From assembly GCF_009914755.1 (NCBI RefSeq), contig NC_060925.1: a stretch of DNA of 64,000 nucleotides; one strand, given 5' to 3'. The position numbers and the translations under genes were made by a program. The stretch is from the human T2T-CHM13v2.0 reference genome, Homo sapiens. A model generated the notes under the pieces. That model saw only the letters and a list, made by a program, of their open reading frames with translations. It was not told the DNA's origin and searched no databases. The number at the start of each line of letters is the position of its first letter. Positions within the stretch are counted from its first letter, which is position 1. Positions 41,749 through 64,000 of the stretch are shown here, in pieces.

Positions 41749-42314
41749 TGATCTCGGCTCACCACAACCTCTGCCTCCGGGTTCAAGCAATTCTCCTGCC
41801 TTAGCCTCCTGAGTAGCTGGAATTACAGGCGCTAGCCACCATGCCTGGCTAATTTTGTATTTTTAGTAGAGACAAGGTTTCTGCATGTTGGTCAGGCTGG
41901 TCTTGAACTCCCAGCCTCAGGTGATCCACCTGCCTCGGCCTCCCAAAGTGCCAGGATTACAAGCGTGAGCCACTGTGCCCGGCTGTACTTACTGTTTTGA
42001 CTCTGGCTTCTTTAGTGCAACATTATGTCTGTTGGATTCATCCATATTGTGTATTTCAATAGTAGATTGTTTTTTGGTGTTCTGTAGTATTCCATTGTAT
42101 GGATATACCACAGTTTGTTTATTCATTCTGCTGCTGATGGACATTAGAATTGTTCCTATTTTTTGGATGTTATTAATAAAGTAGCTGTGAATGTTGTTGA
42201 CCATGACTTTTGGTGCAGAGATACACTTATTTATGTCAGAGTAGAATTTCTGGGTCATAGTGCAGGCGTATTTATAGCTTTAAGAGATATTGCCAAACAG
42301 TTTTTCAAAGTGGT

Positions 42315-42665
42315 AATCTTAGTCTGTTTGTGCTGCCATAACAAAATGCCTGAGACTGAGTAATTTATAAACAACAGGGATTTATTTTCTCACAGTTCTA
42401 GAAACTGGAAGTCCAAGATCAAGGCAGCAGCATTTGGTGTCTGGAGAGGGCCCACTTGCTGTATCCCTACATGGTGGTAGGTGGAAGGACAAAAAGGGGC
42501 TGAACTCTGTATGAAGCCTCTTTTATAAAGGCCTTAATCCCATTCTAGACGGTGGAGCCCTCATAATTTGACAACCTCCTAAAGTCTCTGCCTCTTAATA
42601 CTATTGTATTGGAGATTAAGTTCAACATGAATTTTGAAGGGGACACAAATATTCAAACCACAGCA
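42315..42665 (-). mobile_element. MaLR LTR (MST/MLT1A-like)
   Basis: tcttagtctgtttgtgctgccataacaaaat...ggaagtccaagatcaagg...ggggacacaaatattcaaaccacagca. Confidence 0.8.
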
Positions 42666-42744
42666 ATGACTGAATTAATTTACGCTTCCACAAACAATGT
42701 GAGTTTCAATTGTTCCACATTCTCACCAAGGTTTGGTGTTATCA

Positions 42745-42897
<153 letters not shown>

Positions 42898-42936
42898 TTA
42901 GCCAGACATGGTGGCACATGCCTGTAATCCCAGCTA

Positions 42937-43089
<153 letters not shown>

Positions 43090-43469
43090 TCATAGTCATT
43101 CTAGGGGATTTCTGTCTAGTGATAGTTCATTGTGGTTTTAATTTGCATATCTTGATAACTACTGAAGTTAAGCATCTTTTTACATGATTATTGTCAATTT
43201 GCGTATCCTCTTTTGTGAAGTACCAGTTCAAACGTTTTGTGCTTTTTTTTTTTTTTTAATTTCAGAAGGGAACGGCATGTACATTTTGCTCATTTAAAAA
43301 AGTTGGGTTGTCTCTTTTTCTTATTGGTTTGTGGGAATTCTTTATGTAATTCAGATATGAGTTCTTTGTTAGATACATGAATTTTGACTCTTTTCTCCAA
43401 GTCTGTGGCTTGGTGAAGCCTTTTATTTATTTTTAAATTAAATTAATTTTAAACTTTTTAAAGAAATGA

Positions 43470-43568
<99 letters not shown>

Positions 43569-46500
43569 TGAGTAGCTGGGATTACAGGCATGTGCCACCA
43601 TGCCTGGCTAATTTTGTATTTTTAGTAGAGATGGGGTTTCTCCGTGTTGATCAGGCTGGTTTCGAACTTCTGACCTCAGGTGATCTGCCCACCTCGGCCT
43701 CCCAAAGTGCTGGTATTACAGGCATGAACCACCACGTCAGGCCCTGTTCACTTTTATAATCTGTGCTTAGAACAGTACTGGTCATATAGTAGGTACTTAA
43801 AAATATTATTTGTTTGTTTGTTTGTTTGTTTGTTTGTTTATTTTGAGACAGAGTTTTGCTCTTGTTGCCCAGGCTGGAGTGCAGTGGAGCAATCTTGGCT
43901 CACTATAACCTCTGCCTCCTGGGTTCAAGTGATTTTCCTGCCTCAGCCTGTTGAGTAGCTGGGATTACAGGCGCCCGCCACCATGCCCAGCTAATTTTTG
44001 TATTTTTAGTAGAGACGGAGTTTCGCCACATTGGCTAGGCTGGTCTTGAACTCCTGACCTCAGGTGACCCACCTGCCTTGGTCTCCCAAAGTGCCGGTAT
44101 TACAGGTGTGAGCCACCGCCCCTGGCCTTAAAAATATTTTTTAAATGATTTTAAAAAACCAACCTAGGGCTGGGCATGGTGGCTCACACCTGTAATACAT
44201 AGCACTTTGGGAGGCCGAGGCAGGAATATTGCTTGAACCCAGGAGTTTGCAACCAGCCTGGGCAACATGGTGAGACTCCCATCTCTACAAACAATGTAAA
44301 AATTAGCCAAATGTGGTAGCGTGGGCCTGTAGTGCCAACTAGTTGGGAGGCTGAGGTGGGAGGATCACTTGAGCCTAGGAGGGCGAGGCTACAGTCAGCC
44401 ATGATTGCACCACTGCACTCCAGCCTGGATGACAGAGCAAGACCCTATCTGCAAACAAAACAAAACAAAACTTAGAGAAAAGTTGAGCTGGGTGTGGTGG
44501 CTCATGCCTGTAATCCCAGCACTTTTGGAGGCCGAGGCGGGCAGATCATTTGAAGCCAGCAGTTCAAGACCAGCCTGGCCAACATGGTGAAACCCTGTCT
44601 CTACTGAAAATACAAAAATTAGCCGGGCATGGTGGCACACACCTGTAAACCCAGCTTCTCAGCAGGTTGAGGTGGGAGAACTGCTTGAACCTGGGAGGTG
44701 GAGGTTGAAGTGAGCCGAGATTGGCGCCACTGCACTCCAGCCTAAGCAACAGAGTGAGACTCCATTTCAAAGAAAAAAAAAAAAGTTGAAAACGTACTAT
44801 AAATTTTTTTCCCTGAATCATTTCAGAATAAGTTTCCAAATGATGCCCCATCACCCCTGAATTTCAGAGTGTACTTCTTACAAAAAAGGATAAAATATAA
44901 CTATCACAATCGAGTAATTAATACTGATACACAGCTACCATATAATCCTCAGGCCCTATTCAAAAGTCACCAATTTTCCCAGTAATGTTCTCTACAGCAA
45001 GAGGATCCAGTTCAGAACCACTCATTGTACGTTTTTTCTAGTCTGATCTGTCTCCTGCAGTCCTCAGCCTTTCTTTGACTTTCTTGTCCTTGATACATTT
45101 GAAGATGACAGGCAAGCTATTTTTGTAGGATGTGCCTCAGTTTCGATTTGTCTGATGCTTGCTCATGATTAGATTCAGGCCATGCATTTTTGGCAGGAAT
45201 AGCACAGAAGTGACGCTGGGTTTTTCTCATTGCATCCTGTCTGGTGCCTCATAATTTTGATTTGTTTGTTACTGATGCTGTTTGCTTTCATCACTTGAGT
45301 AGGATGGTTGCTGCCAAGGTTTTCCAGTGTGAAGTCAATATTTACCCCTTTGTAGTAAATATCGTGTGGTCAGGTACTTTGAAACTATGTGAATATCCCA
45401 TTCCTCATCAAACTTTCCATTTATTTATTTATTTATTTATTTGTATAGTATGGACTCAAGGTTTGTTAGTTTATTCAATGGGCTATAATCCGTTTTTTTC
45501 ACAATTTATTGTGATACTCAACTTTTTCTCAATTTGATCAGTGGACTCCCCTTCAAGCAAACTTTTGTAAAGACCAGCCTGACCAACATGGCGAGAGCCC
45601 CGAGCTCTTGTTTCTTTTTTTTGAGATGAAATATTGCTCTGTTGCCTCAGCTGGAATGCAGTGGTGCGATCTTGGCTCACTGAGACCTCTGCCTTCTGGG
45701 TTCAAGCGATTCTCCTGCCTCAGCCTCCCTAGTAGCTGTGATTATAGGTGTGCACCACCATTGCCCAGCTAATTTTTGTATTTTTAGTAGAGGTGGGGTT
45801 TCACCATGTTGTCCAGGCTGGTCTCAAACTCCTGACCTCAGATGATCCACCCTCTTTGGCCTCCCAAAGTGCTGGGATTACTGGCGTGAGCCACCGTGCC
45901 CGGCCCCCATCAGCTCTAAAAAAAAAAAAAAAACAAAAAAAAAACAAGCTTTTGTGTCCCTTTGACATTTGACATGTCTTTATCATTCAGGTGTCTCAGG
46001 TTCATCCTGGACTTTCCCTGCTTGAGTCCTGGAATCGACCTTTTCTCCAAGGAGCCTTGTTCCTTTTAGTGGGGAAAGGTATTTAGAAGCTAAGATCTTG
46101 GTGTTGGCTGTGTTCACTACAATTGGTGTATCTACTTCTCCATCCTCCAGCGTCCTCTGGTGATCGAGAATCTGAAGTTCCAGGTTTTCATAGGCCCCAG
46201 TGACCTTGTCCTCAGAAGGAGAAAGATCCTCTCTCCTTTGGTGTTCCCCTCAACTCCCTTAAATAAAGGACTCTATTGGTCCTGCCCAGTAAGTTTTCAT
46301 CCCTGGACCAATCGCTGTGGCTGGAGGCATGGGACACTCTTAGGAGTGGAGCTTGGGTCCCAGGCCCACACCTATCTGAAGAGTGGGTGCTGGGTGTGTC
46401 TTGAGGAATCCAGCTTCACCTAGCTACATGGAATAGGGTGCACCCAGGAAAGATGAGGCTCTTTCACCAAAAGAAAGTGAAGAGATTGGGGGCTGACAGA

Positions 46501-46981
46501 ACAGCAGATGCCTCTCATAACAAGTAGGTGTTTAGCTATGAATTGTGGTACCTGCTGAAAGAAGAGATTCGGACAATGCACGACAAGACCATAGTGGCCT
46601 TTGCAGAGCCCCAGGGTGGGGGTGGCCTTTCTCAGGACTGGCAGGCAAGCCTAGGCCTGAAGGAGAGCCTTAGTGGGGCAAGGAGGTATGGCGAGCAGTG
46701 GCCCGGGTAGAGGGAACCACCGTGCAAAGGCCCTGAGGGGAAATGTGCCCAGTTCTGGAAGGAGGCTGGTGTGGCCAAAGCATAGTGAAGCAGGCAAGTG
46801 GTGGGAGATAAGGCTGCAGAGGAGGGCAGGGCACAGCCGACCAGGCAGGGCATTGAGGGTCTTGGCAAGGATGCTGGCTTTGTGCTCAATGAAATGCAGT
46901 GTCACTGAAGGATTTTAGGGAGGGGGTGACATGAGCTGATGTACACTTAAAAGCTCAGTGTAGGCTGGGTGCAGTGGCTCA

Positions 46982-47493
<512 letters not shown>

Positions 47494-48410
47494 TAGCTGA
47501 CTGTCCTGGGATACTTCCATCCTGCCAACCTCCTACCCCCCAGCCCAGCAGCCTCCGCATTCCCCATGCCTCTGCCCAGCTCTCCTTTTCTCCATAACAT
47601 TCATTGCCGTCTGATGTGCCATATGCTTTGTTTATTCATCTTCTTTCTTGTTCATCTCCTCCACAAGGACATATCCTCCATTACTCGGGCATTTTTGTCT
47701 GTTATTCACAGCTATAACTTCAGCACCTAGAACGGTGCCTGGCACATAATAGATGCTCAATAAAATATTTTTAAACAATTGAATGAATTGTGAGAGGGGC
47801 TCTGAAAGGGGCAGAAAGTCTAGAAGTGGCCTTTTTTCAGGACAGTCAGGCCCAACCCAGGTCTGGGCCATGTGGCAGGCTCAGGAGGCCCAAGAAGACC
47901 AGTCCAGCAGGTGAGGCACACTTGCATCTGCAGGACTTGGAGATGGCCAGTGGGGAAGACTAGACAAACCGGTGGACGTGAGTGCGACACAGGGAGTGTG
48001 GACAAGGCTGCTTGATGGACACAATGTGGAGGAGGTGGGGGATCCATCCAGGCCCAGACATGCAGGAGGCAGGTCCTGCCTGCAGGCTGCTTCAGGGCCA
48101 AGCTTCAGTCCCTGGGGCAGTGCAGGGCGGAGATGGGGAGAAGTGACTGGACTAAGAGGAGGCCCTGCATTCAGGGAGCATTTATCCTCATCCCATGGCG
48201 TCCTTCTAGTTGTCCACTGTGTTCCTGCCACACTGGCCTTTTTCTGTTTCTCACACACGCCAAACTCATTCCTGCCCCAGGGCCTTTGCACGTGTTTCTT
48301 CTGCCAGGAAAGTTCTATAAAATGGGCACAACAAAGCTGAAGTGAGGCCCATGCCAGATGATATGCACAGCACCTACCATGGCGCCTGCAAAAAGAAGAC
48401 TTTTTATTGA

Positions 48411-48655
48411 TGTCATAGGGGCCAAGGGAAAATGTCCCCTTCATCCTCTGAAGGTTTGCTGAAAAAAATCAACTCACAAAGGCAGATTAATTGGAGAAAA
48501 TGTACACACATTTATTAATGAGTACACGGAGAGAAGCACAGAGTGATTACCTGCCCCCCAATGAGGGCTCAGAAACTTATATACCATTTTGAGGTTACAG
48601 AAAAAATGGGGGCTTGGATCCTGGCAAAACAGGTTATAGGAGGCGGGAGAAGAGG

Positions 48656-48687
<32 letters not shown>

Positions 48688-49267
48688 CAGGGTCTCGCTC
48701 TGTCACTCGGGCTGGAGTGCGGTGGTGCAATCTTGGCTTGCTGCAGCCTTAACTTCCCAGGCTTACGCAATCCTCCCATCTCAGCCTCCTGAGTAGCTGG
48801 GATTACAGGCATGAGCCTCTGTGCCCGGCCCTGGGCTATTTTTTTTTTTAATTTTTTGCCTAGAGGTGAGGTCTCATTATGTTGCCCAGGCTGGTCTTGA
48901 ACTCCTGAGCTCAAGCCATCCTCCTGCCTAAGCCTTCCAAAGTGCTGGGATTATAGCAGTGAGCCACCACACCCAGCAAGAGAAGAGGAATTCTGTTGAG
49001 GAGCAATAAGGGATTAGTAGCAAGAATTAATGGATCAGGAACAGAGATTATCTTGTGAAAGGGTCTGTTCAGATGTGGTTACATTCTTGGTCTTATAGGG
49101 AAGGGAAGGAACAACAGCTGATCTCCTTGGTAGATCTGGATCTTAGGCAAATCAAGGAACTTTGACTTCATCTTGTACTTTGGGAGAGATCAGAAAGACC
49201 TGGAAGCTTCTTCAATTCAGTGTGTCCAAACACCATATTGTGGGGTATCAGTTTCTGAGCCCTAACA
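48411..49267 (-). mobile_element. ERV1 solo LTR (MER34/MER39-like) with an internal Alu (~48660-48977)
   Basis: Minus strand starts TGTTAGGGCTCAGAAACTGATACCCCACAATATGGTG. Confidence 0.65.
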
Positions 49268-49504
49268 CTGTCATTCAACACATTTAATTGAGCCTCTACT
49301 ATGTGCCAGGCACTGTTTCAGGCACTGGGAATACAACAATGGTGTGACCTGACATTCTAGTTTGGGGAGACACACAGGCCTTCCCCCTAGTTCTTTGCAT
49401 AGCTAGCTCTTGTCATTTAGGACTCAGCCCAGGTGTTAACTCCTCTGAGTGGTCTTCTCTGACCATTTGGATTAAATTAGCCATCCCTCTATCATCACTC
49501 TTAC

Positions 49505-50560
<1,056 letters not shown>

Positions 50561-51085
50561 CCTCATCAAATTAACTTGTATTTTCTTCTTTACTATATGA
50601 AATTAGTTTTCTTATTTCATGGTCATTGTTTATTTTCCTTCTTCTCCCTTAACATGATGAGAACGGAGAGATTAGTTGGATATTGGTTAATGTGTTCTCT
50701 CTCTCAGGTAGCAGAATGCCTCAATCTGACTTGTATGTACTGGGAGACCCATATGAAGTGTTACTAATGGTGCAATTTCAGGTTGAGGGATTGGGGCCCT
50801 TTCTGTCCCCTCCTTAGCTGACTGGAGAAGGGGGGAGTACTTTGCAGTCCCTCATATCTGGTCCTCTTCCAAATGCTGGCATTCAGGATTAACTCCTCCA
50901 ACCCCTCAATATTCTCCAATCTTTACCCCACCCCAAGTTCCCCTTGTGGGGACCTCTCATTTCTCTTGCACCAATGCTGGCTTGCCTGTAGGTGTCGGGT
51001 GGTTAACAGTGCTGTATGGGCAACCCCTGAGGACTGGGCTCAGTGGGTCTCTCACTCTGAGGTTTTGCCCTCTGCTGTCCCCTAG

Positions 51086-51223
<138 letters not shown>

Positions 51224-51774
51224 TGAGTCCACCCACTGATGAGACCGCAGGGGTGGGAGGTTGAGGTAGGAAGAGGACGGGATGAGGAGGCAGGACATCG
51301 GGAATTGAGTCTCAGCTCCACCTCGAACTGCCCTCCACCTACACAGAGGGAGCTCAGGCAAGTTCTGAGCCTCACTCTTCTCATCTCACAGATGGGTGTG
51401 ATAATACCTGTGCCATTGGCTTGTTGGGAGGACACAACCCAATGCTTAGTCTACAGTAAAGGCTTGTACACCCAGAAGCATTTCTTATTACTTAATACAT
51501 TCTTTTCCCAGCAATTCCTTCTGGTGGGCAACTTTAGGCAGTTTCCTCATCATTTTGATAAATACAGTCACTCCACCAGAATGGACTGGGCAGGAATAAC
51601 CACTGAATAACCACTGAAGCTTCCAAAATTATATCTGTGTTTGTGTACTTTACAGAGACAACCAAAAAAGTCCTTGCCCTCCATACCTTCATTTAACTAA
51701 CATTAATTGAACATCTGCTGTGTGTAGGTGCTAGATCAAAAATGAGAAGCAATTAGAAGGACATACTTTATTCT

Positions 51775-52640
<866 letters not shown>

Positions 52641-52658
52641 GTGACCTGCTCCTTGTGA

Positions 52659-53289
<631 letters not shown>

Positions 53290-53339
53290 TAGGTACTTGA
53301 TAAATGGTGAAGGGATGAATCATTCAAATAAAGACACCC

Positions 53340-53655
53340 AGCTGGGCGCGGTGGCTCACACCTGTAATCCCAGCACTTTGGGAGGCTGAGCCGGGTGGAT
53401 CACGAGGTCAGGAGACTGAGACCATCCTGGCTAACACGGTGAATCCCCGTCTCTACTGAAAATACAAAAAAAGAAAAAAAAAACTTAGCCGGGCGTGGCA
53501 GCGGGCGCCTGTAGGCCCAGCAACTCAGGAGGCTGAGGCATGAGAATGGCTGGAACCCGGGAGGCAGAGCTTGCAGTGAGCCGAGATTGCGCCACTGCAC
53601 TCCAGCCTGGGCAACAGAGCGAGACTCCGTCTCAAAACAAAATGAAACAAAACAC
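53340..53655 (+). mobile_element. AluY-type element
   Basis: gagaccatcctggctaacacggtg and gcagagcttgcagtg diagnostics; flanking ACACCCA repeat. Confidence 0.85.
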
Positions 53656-55190
53656 CCATCCTGTCCACTTCTGGGCCCTGCCCTATGGGAGGGATGTGGG
53701 CAGATGACGGTATGGCCAGGGGAAGCGGCCAGGATTGGGAGGGGCAGGGCTGAGGCTTAGGCTGTAATGAAGACAGACTGGGGGAACTGGGGATGAGGCC
53801 TGGAGAAGCAGAACCTCAGGGGGCTCATGCGAGCATCTTCAAACCTCTCCAGGCATTCCTGGGAGGAGGGGTGGAGGTGACCCTCAGGGTAGGATGAAGG
53901 GGAGTGAGGGTCAGTGGGGAAGGTTAAGGCAAAGGGTTTTAGCGCAGGGTGCAGCACATTCATTCATCACTTCATTTAGCAAATAGTAACTCAGTACCTA
54001 CTCCATGCTGAACTCAGCACAGGAGCCTTACAGGTGAGGTGAGTGTGGGGGAGATGGATGGTATCAAATAAATAAATACGAATAAGTGCAAAATTACACC
54101 AATCATAAATGCTGCAAGCCAGAAGTACTTGGTGCTATAAAGAGCCTGCAATGGTGGGGCAGAGGGGAGGGGAAGGCCTAGATGGGGGTCAGGGGTTGTG
54201 ATTGTGAAACTGAGAGGTTAAAGAAGAGCTAATTAGCTACAGAGGGTGGCAGAAGGAATAGCATTCCAGGCAGAGGATGACAAAGTGGCAGTGTGACTGG
54301 AGCCCAGAGGGTGAGGTGAGAGTTCTGGGAAGTGAGGCTGGAATGCCAGCATCCCGGAGGTGGTGCCCTTGGAGAAGACTGGGGTTGTGGGGGTGACTGA
54401 AAAAAGGAGGCCGCCCTCTTGTAGTATCAGATTTAGCCAGCAGAGGACAGTGCTGCATAGTAATCTGCAGAGATGGGCAGGAAGGAGGAGGCAGGTGGTG
54501 AGCCAGGCTTTCTTGGTGGTTGTGGTATAACCCCAAGGACCACTGGCTTCAGGGTGTGTGCAGACTCAGGGAGTCTAGACAATAACAACCTAGGAGGCAC
54601 ACTTAGGGAGCTGGCAGGACGAGGGGAGGCAAAAAAGAGAGGGTCTTCTCAGAGTAACTCAAACCCACTGCCCAGCCTCGTGTACATGTAATGCTGGTAA
54701 CCATAAGACAATTCTGGGATGGTGGTGTGGGTAAGGGATGAGAAACCTAGGCAGGAGAGAGATGGCTTCCTTAAGGGGCAACTTGGAAAACGTATTTGGG
54801 CCTAGGAGAAGCAATTCAAAAAAGAATCAGAGCATTTCCCCGGAGATGATGAAAGTAAGATTGGCTCTTTCATTGATCCAGCTCTTGCGGTTCCAGAGCA
54901 TTTTCTCATCCATCCTCTCATTTGCTCCTCATGACTTGAAACTTCTTGTTCTGTGATCTTGGACAAGTGTCCCTGTCCCTTCATTTGTAAAATGAGAAAA
55001 ACAATTTGTGGACAAGGTGGCAAATCACCAGGTAGCCACCTGGTCCATGGTAGATTCTCAGTATATGCTGGATCTCCGCTTCCCTCCTCTTTAAGGTAGA
55101 AAGTGCAGAGATAATAACTAGCAATTTGTTGATAAGGAAACTGTAACCCATGAGGGGAAGTAATTTGCCCAACATTACACATCAAGTTAG

Positions 55191-55541
<351 letters not shown>

Positions 55542-55914
55542 TGAGTGTTCTGCCTCCCTGTCTGTCTCACAGGCCCTGTCCCAGACTCCTGCCTCTCCCC
55601 ACTCTCTCCCCATCCCCCCACTCTCTAAATGGCTGCCCATGGTTATAGCTGCCACCATCTCTGTGCCCTTCCCATGCTTGTCCCTGCGTCTCTCTTCTGT
55701 CTTCATGACTCTTCACTCTTCATCTGTCTCCTCATTGACTTCCTTCTTCCCTATAGTCTGTCAGTCCTATTCTGAACTCTATCTCTGCCTATACCCCAAG
55801 AAGAGGAGGAGGGCTGTGGTGACCTTTATACCCTCTCTGGAAGCTTCCTGCTGATGGGTGAAGGCTGGCCTGTCCACCCAGCAGCAGGGGCTGTCATCTA
55901 ACCTGTAGTTCTGA

Positions 55915-56199
<285 letters not shown>

Positions 56200-56211
56200 T
56201 AGCATTATTGA

Positions 56212-56448
<237 letters not shown>

Positions 56449-57219
56449 TAAAGAATCAGCTGGAGCCTTGGCATTAAGGCACTGGTGGGAGATGGGGGAA
56501 ACCAGCACAGGGCCAGATGGGGACTGTGGAAACTGGTGTGAAGCCCAAGACCCCAGAGAACCAGGGGACAAAGGCTACAAACAAAACTATTTTGATTTAA
56601 GCAATCTTGCTTTTTCTCATCCTTCCAAGCTTAGTTTGTGACTGTCATTTTCATAGTCCCTTAATACTATGTATACCTAAGGATAATTCCCCTAATACCT
56701 TGTTTTCCTGTCTGTTTTCCCCACTAGAGACTATAATCCTATGAGGGAAGGGCAGGGCTGTATCTTGGTCACCCCTGTATTCCCAAGGGCCATCTCTGGG
56801 CTTGGCACATGGTGGGTGCTCAGTGAATATCTATTGAATGAATGAATAAAGAACAGCTTCTGTCTTAGAATCCAGAGCAGCTAAAGCTTGTAGTTGGGAG
56901 AACTTTCCTTGATTCAGCTTCAGGGAGCACTTCGTGATGTGGTATGGGCTGACACAGGTATCCAGAAGGCATTGTACCTAGAGGTGCACAGTATCAGCTG
57001 TCACTTGCCTCCTTCCTTTCTCCATCATCCTAGCTCTGCCCTAAACCAGGGCACCTTGGCATGTGGTTTAAACTCTCCTGGCTCTGGGGGTAGAATGACC
57101 TTTGCATAAGAGCTGCTCCTATCGCTGCTTAGTGGTGTGACCTCAGGTAATCACTTTGTGTAGGCCTAGATTTCCTCATCTGTGAAAATGGTATACTCAG
57201 ATATAATTCATAATTCATG

Positions 57220-59730
<2,511 letters not shown>

Positions 59731-60239
59731 CTCTCAAGATTTAATCTCAATGAGTGAAGTGGTCTGTCCAGGCCCCCTGACTGTAGGAAGCAGCACAGCT
59801 AGGATTTGAACCTGAGTTGGCCTGACTGCAGGTATCCAGCTCCTCTCCTTTACAAACAGCACACACACTTGGTCTATGTGAACACTCTGCCTTGGTGGCC
59901 CTTTCTTGTGCCCACGTCCTGTATTCCTTGAGGAGATCCAGGTAGGACCCAAGGTGGGCTGAAATAAGGGCTCAGGAAGTGCGCCTGAAATGTGCTCCCT
60001 TCAGCTGAAAATATGAAGCCACTATGTGCCGGGTACTATTCTAGGATATGGGGACACAGGAGTGGGGAAAAGAGATTAAATAATCCTCCTTTGGTGAGAG
60101 TACCTTCTCGTTGTCGGGAGATAAGATAGTAAACAAAATAAACAAGTAACACATATAGCAAGTCAGATGATGACAAAAACTAAAGAAAAGTAGAAAAGGA
60201 TTGGTACCACCAGGGGTAGGGGATTGCAGTTTAAAAGAG

Positions 60240-60930
60240 GTATTGCCACACATCCACCAGAATGGCATAAATGAAACAGACAGACAATGACATGTGCTGG
60301 CAAGATGTGGAGCAATGGGAACTCTCGTGCACTGCTGGTGGGGTTACCGTTGATTTCCCATCATAGAAAACTGTTTGGCAATATCTTCTGTAGCCGAACC
60401 TATGCTTAGACTATGACCCAGCAATCCATTCCTAGGTATACAACTAACAACTGTGTAGATATACTCATCAAAAGACACACTAGAATGTTCTTAGCAGCAC
60501 GATGCTTAGTAGCTGGCAATAACCCAAATGTCCATCAAAAATAGAACTGATAACTAATCATAGTCTTTCATACTGTGGGAAATTATACAGCACTGAGAAT
60601 GAATGAAAGAACTAATGCTGATGCAACTGTGTGGATGAATCTCAACCATATAATGTTGAGCGGAAGAAGACAGACATCAAGGATAACGTGTCCATTTATC
60701 TAAAGTTCAAAAGCAAAGACATCTCTCTAAGGGTTGAGAAATTAGAATAGTATTTAGCCAGGGTCAGGGAGAGGGCTATTGATGGAAAGGGGTGCACAAG
60801 AGGGGCTTCTGGGGTGCTGATCACGTTCTGCTTCTTGACTTGGGGGCTGGCTACAATGGTGTGTTCACTATGTGAAAATGTATCAAGTTAGTTCCTTATG
60901 ATGTAGGGACTTCCTACATGTATGTTTAAC
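60240..60930 (+). mobile_element. Old L1 (L1ME-like) 3' end
   Basis: ctatgacccagcaatccattcctaggtata, aacccaaatgtccatcaa, tggatgaatctca. Confidence 0.8.
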
Positions 60931-60957
60931 AAAAATAGGGAGATCCGGCCTCACTGA

Positions 60958-61173
<216 letters not shown>

Positions 61174-61389
61174 TAGCTTTCCAGGCTTTGCAGGACGCCT
61201 TCCCAGCCACCCACGCCTGTCCTGAGTGCCCTCCTCCTCCAGTCTGTGCCACAGTGCATGGACTTCCTTCTCCCTTACGCATGTCACCCTGTGCTGAGTG
61301 CAGGGACATGTTGCTCTTACTTTTGTAGCTCCTCCCCTAAAGGTTCAACACTTATGTGTTAACTGAATATTCCTGGCCCTCCCTGCTGA

Positions 61390-61698
<309 letters not shown>

Positions 61699-61942
61699 TG
61701 AACTGTCACTGGGGCTCGGGAGCTCCCCCCATGGCCTGCTCATCACTGGCCGGCCAGACAGTGGGCAGGGTGGGGTATACCTGAACCCCCTAAGCCATGG
61801 GGCAGGGAAGGGGTGCTGGTGGCTGAGTTCTAGGTGCTCCCACCTTGAAGGTTTTCTCTTACCACCCCTGAAGGAGCTCAACTGACTTGGTGGTGGGTAG
61901 AGGTGGGTTTGGCGGTGGAAGCAGGTATAGGGAGCATAGTAA

Positions 61943-62401
<459 letters not shown>

Positions 62402-64000
62402 TGATCTGGGGTGTTTATGACAACCATTAAGCACTTCCTGAGCACTGCTGCTGTCAGCACCGAGCATTACAATAGTCTCTAATTCTCACAACAATCCCAT
62501 TCTGCAGATGAGGAAACCAAGGCTTAGGGAAGTTTCTTGCCTTAGGTACTCACTGAGCAAGCAATAGAACGGAGGACCTAAACTCAGGTCTAACTAACTA
62601 CCAGCCCAGAGCTCTTTAACAATGCCATTGAAAGGAGGTCTGCGTGTCCGTCCTGACTCTGCCTCCAGCTGCTGTGTGGGTCTTGGGTAGCCCATTTGTC
62701 CTCTCTTTCCCCCTTAGGCAAAAGAAGGAAATGATCCCTGCAATCCCACCCCAGGTGGGTGGTCATGACAGTAATGCAGCCAGCGGTGCTGAGTGCCTGC
62801 TCAGGCCTGGGCCCGTGCGGAAGGGTGCTCCAAGCTCACTGTCTTCAGGGAGCTCGTGATCTGATGGGCAGAGGGGACTGTGGTCAGATGGTGAGCTCGT
62901 GGGCAGGAGAGGTCAGTCTGGCCTCAGCCTCCCACCCAGGAAATGCTCCCATGCTTTCTTTGAATGAGTAAAACAAGGCAGTGAGTGATCCACACCTTCG
63001 GGTGGTTGTTTGAGAGCCAAAGAACTGTGCAGAGCTGTGCAAATGGGGTGTGCTCCAATAAGGGCAGTTGATGTCATTCATAGGAACCAAGAAGATCAGT
63101 CAGGATGGTGAGGGCCCAGCTGGCACATCCCAGTCTCCCACTTGGAAGAATTAAACCCTTTCTGGCTGTACTCCCCACCAGGGTTTTTTTTTTCTTGGGT
63201 CCACTAAACAGTCAGACTCATAAGACTACTGGGGGCCTCATCTGACATCCGTCACACAGGATACAGGACAGGGCAGTGTCAGGAGCTCCTCCTTGCGGGG
63301 GTCCTTGCAGCAGCCCCCACAGCAGGCCAGGCAGAGGCACCCAGGGCATAACATTTAAGGACATAGTCTCGGGTGCCAAGTCTGCACTTGTGTGAGCCTG
63401 AGAATGAGGGCTTCCTTCAAGTTGGCACCCTGGATGCCTCACTTTCCTTATCCTAGTCTTGGCCCTGAGTCTAGGAGCTGGTCTCTTGGGCCTCTCAGGT
63501 GAAAGTTCAGGTGTGACGAAAGGAGACCTATAGGGTGGATATAGGAGCTGCCCTGGCTTAAATGGCACAGGCCTCACAGAGACCAGTATCTTTTACATCT
63601 TGGCTTTGCTTCCAGGGTCCCCACAGGGACAAACCAAGTTACAAGGGTCACTGCATCCTGGGAAGCTCAATGCTATAGTGTCCCCATCAGTTCTTATAGT
63701 TAATTTATAGTTCCTCCCTGTCCAGATGCAATTTACCAGTGGAGTCATTATTACCATAAGTAATGTTGCCTAGCAACATAGTTGACATACTGTATCAGGT
63801 TGCCAGGGGAACAGAGCTAGAAAGTGAATGGAGGGTTGAAACCCTCTTGTAGAAGGGGAAAGGTTTTTGTTAACCCTTTAGTACACTGGCCTGCCAGTGC
63901 TTTCAACACCCTATGATAGGAGTTTGGTTGGGTGCAGATGCTTTTCCTTGCCTGGTGTACTGCCTTTTAAGGGATGGGAACAGAGGCTCCCTGATATTAT

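Overview
Human genomic DNA, recognisable as the ACOT11 / FAM151A / MROH7 locus (1p32.3). On the minus strand are coding exons 1-4 of FAM151A. On the plus strand are two candidate 5'UTR exons and coding exons 3-13 of MROH7, with a continuous frame of 2381 coding nt. Between the genes lies a deleted HERV-K(HML-3)/MER9 provirus (12522-19476), whose 3' LTR holds an antisense HML-2 LTR5 solo LTR. The main result is that the provirus supplies two coding exons (12962-13114 and 16916-16957). They use an acceptor in LTR U5, the viral major splice donor and the env splice acceptor, and encode the 64-aa C-terminus I recognise as ACOT11 isoform BFIT1, made from non-coding or out-of-frame viral sequence. 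Other signals: the left proviral junction is deleted on this haplotype; MROH7's 410-aa first coding exon has a cryptic 8-residue periodicity; a 35-nt 5'UTR exon carries two uAUGs; and several Alus show recent duplication or template-switch hairpins. The rest is dense Alu/L1/MIR/MER sequence. Gene and repeat-family names come from recall, not from searches, and repeat boundaries are approximate.
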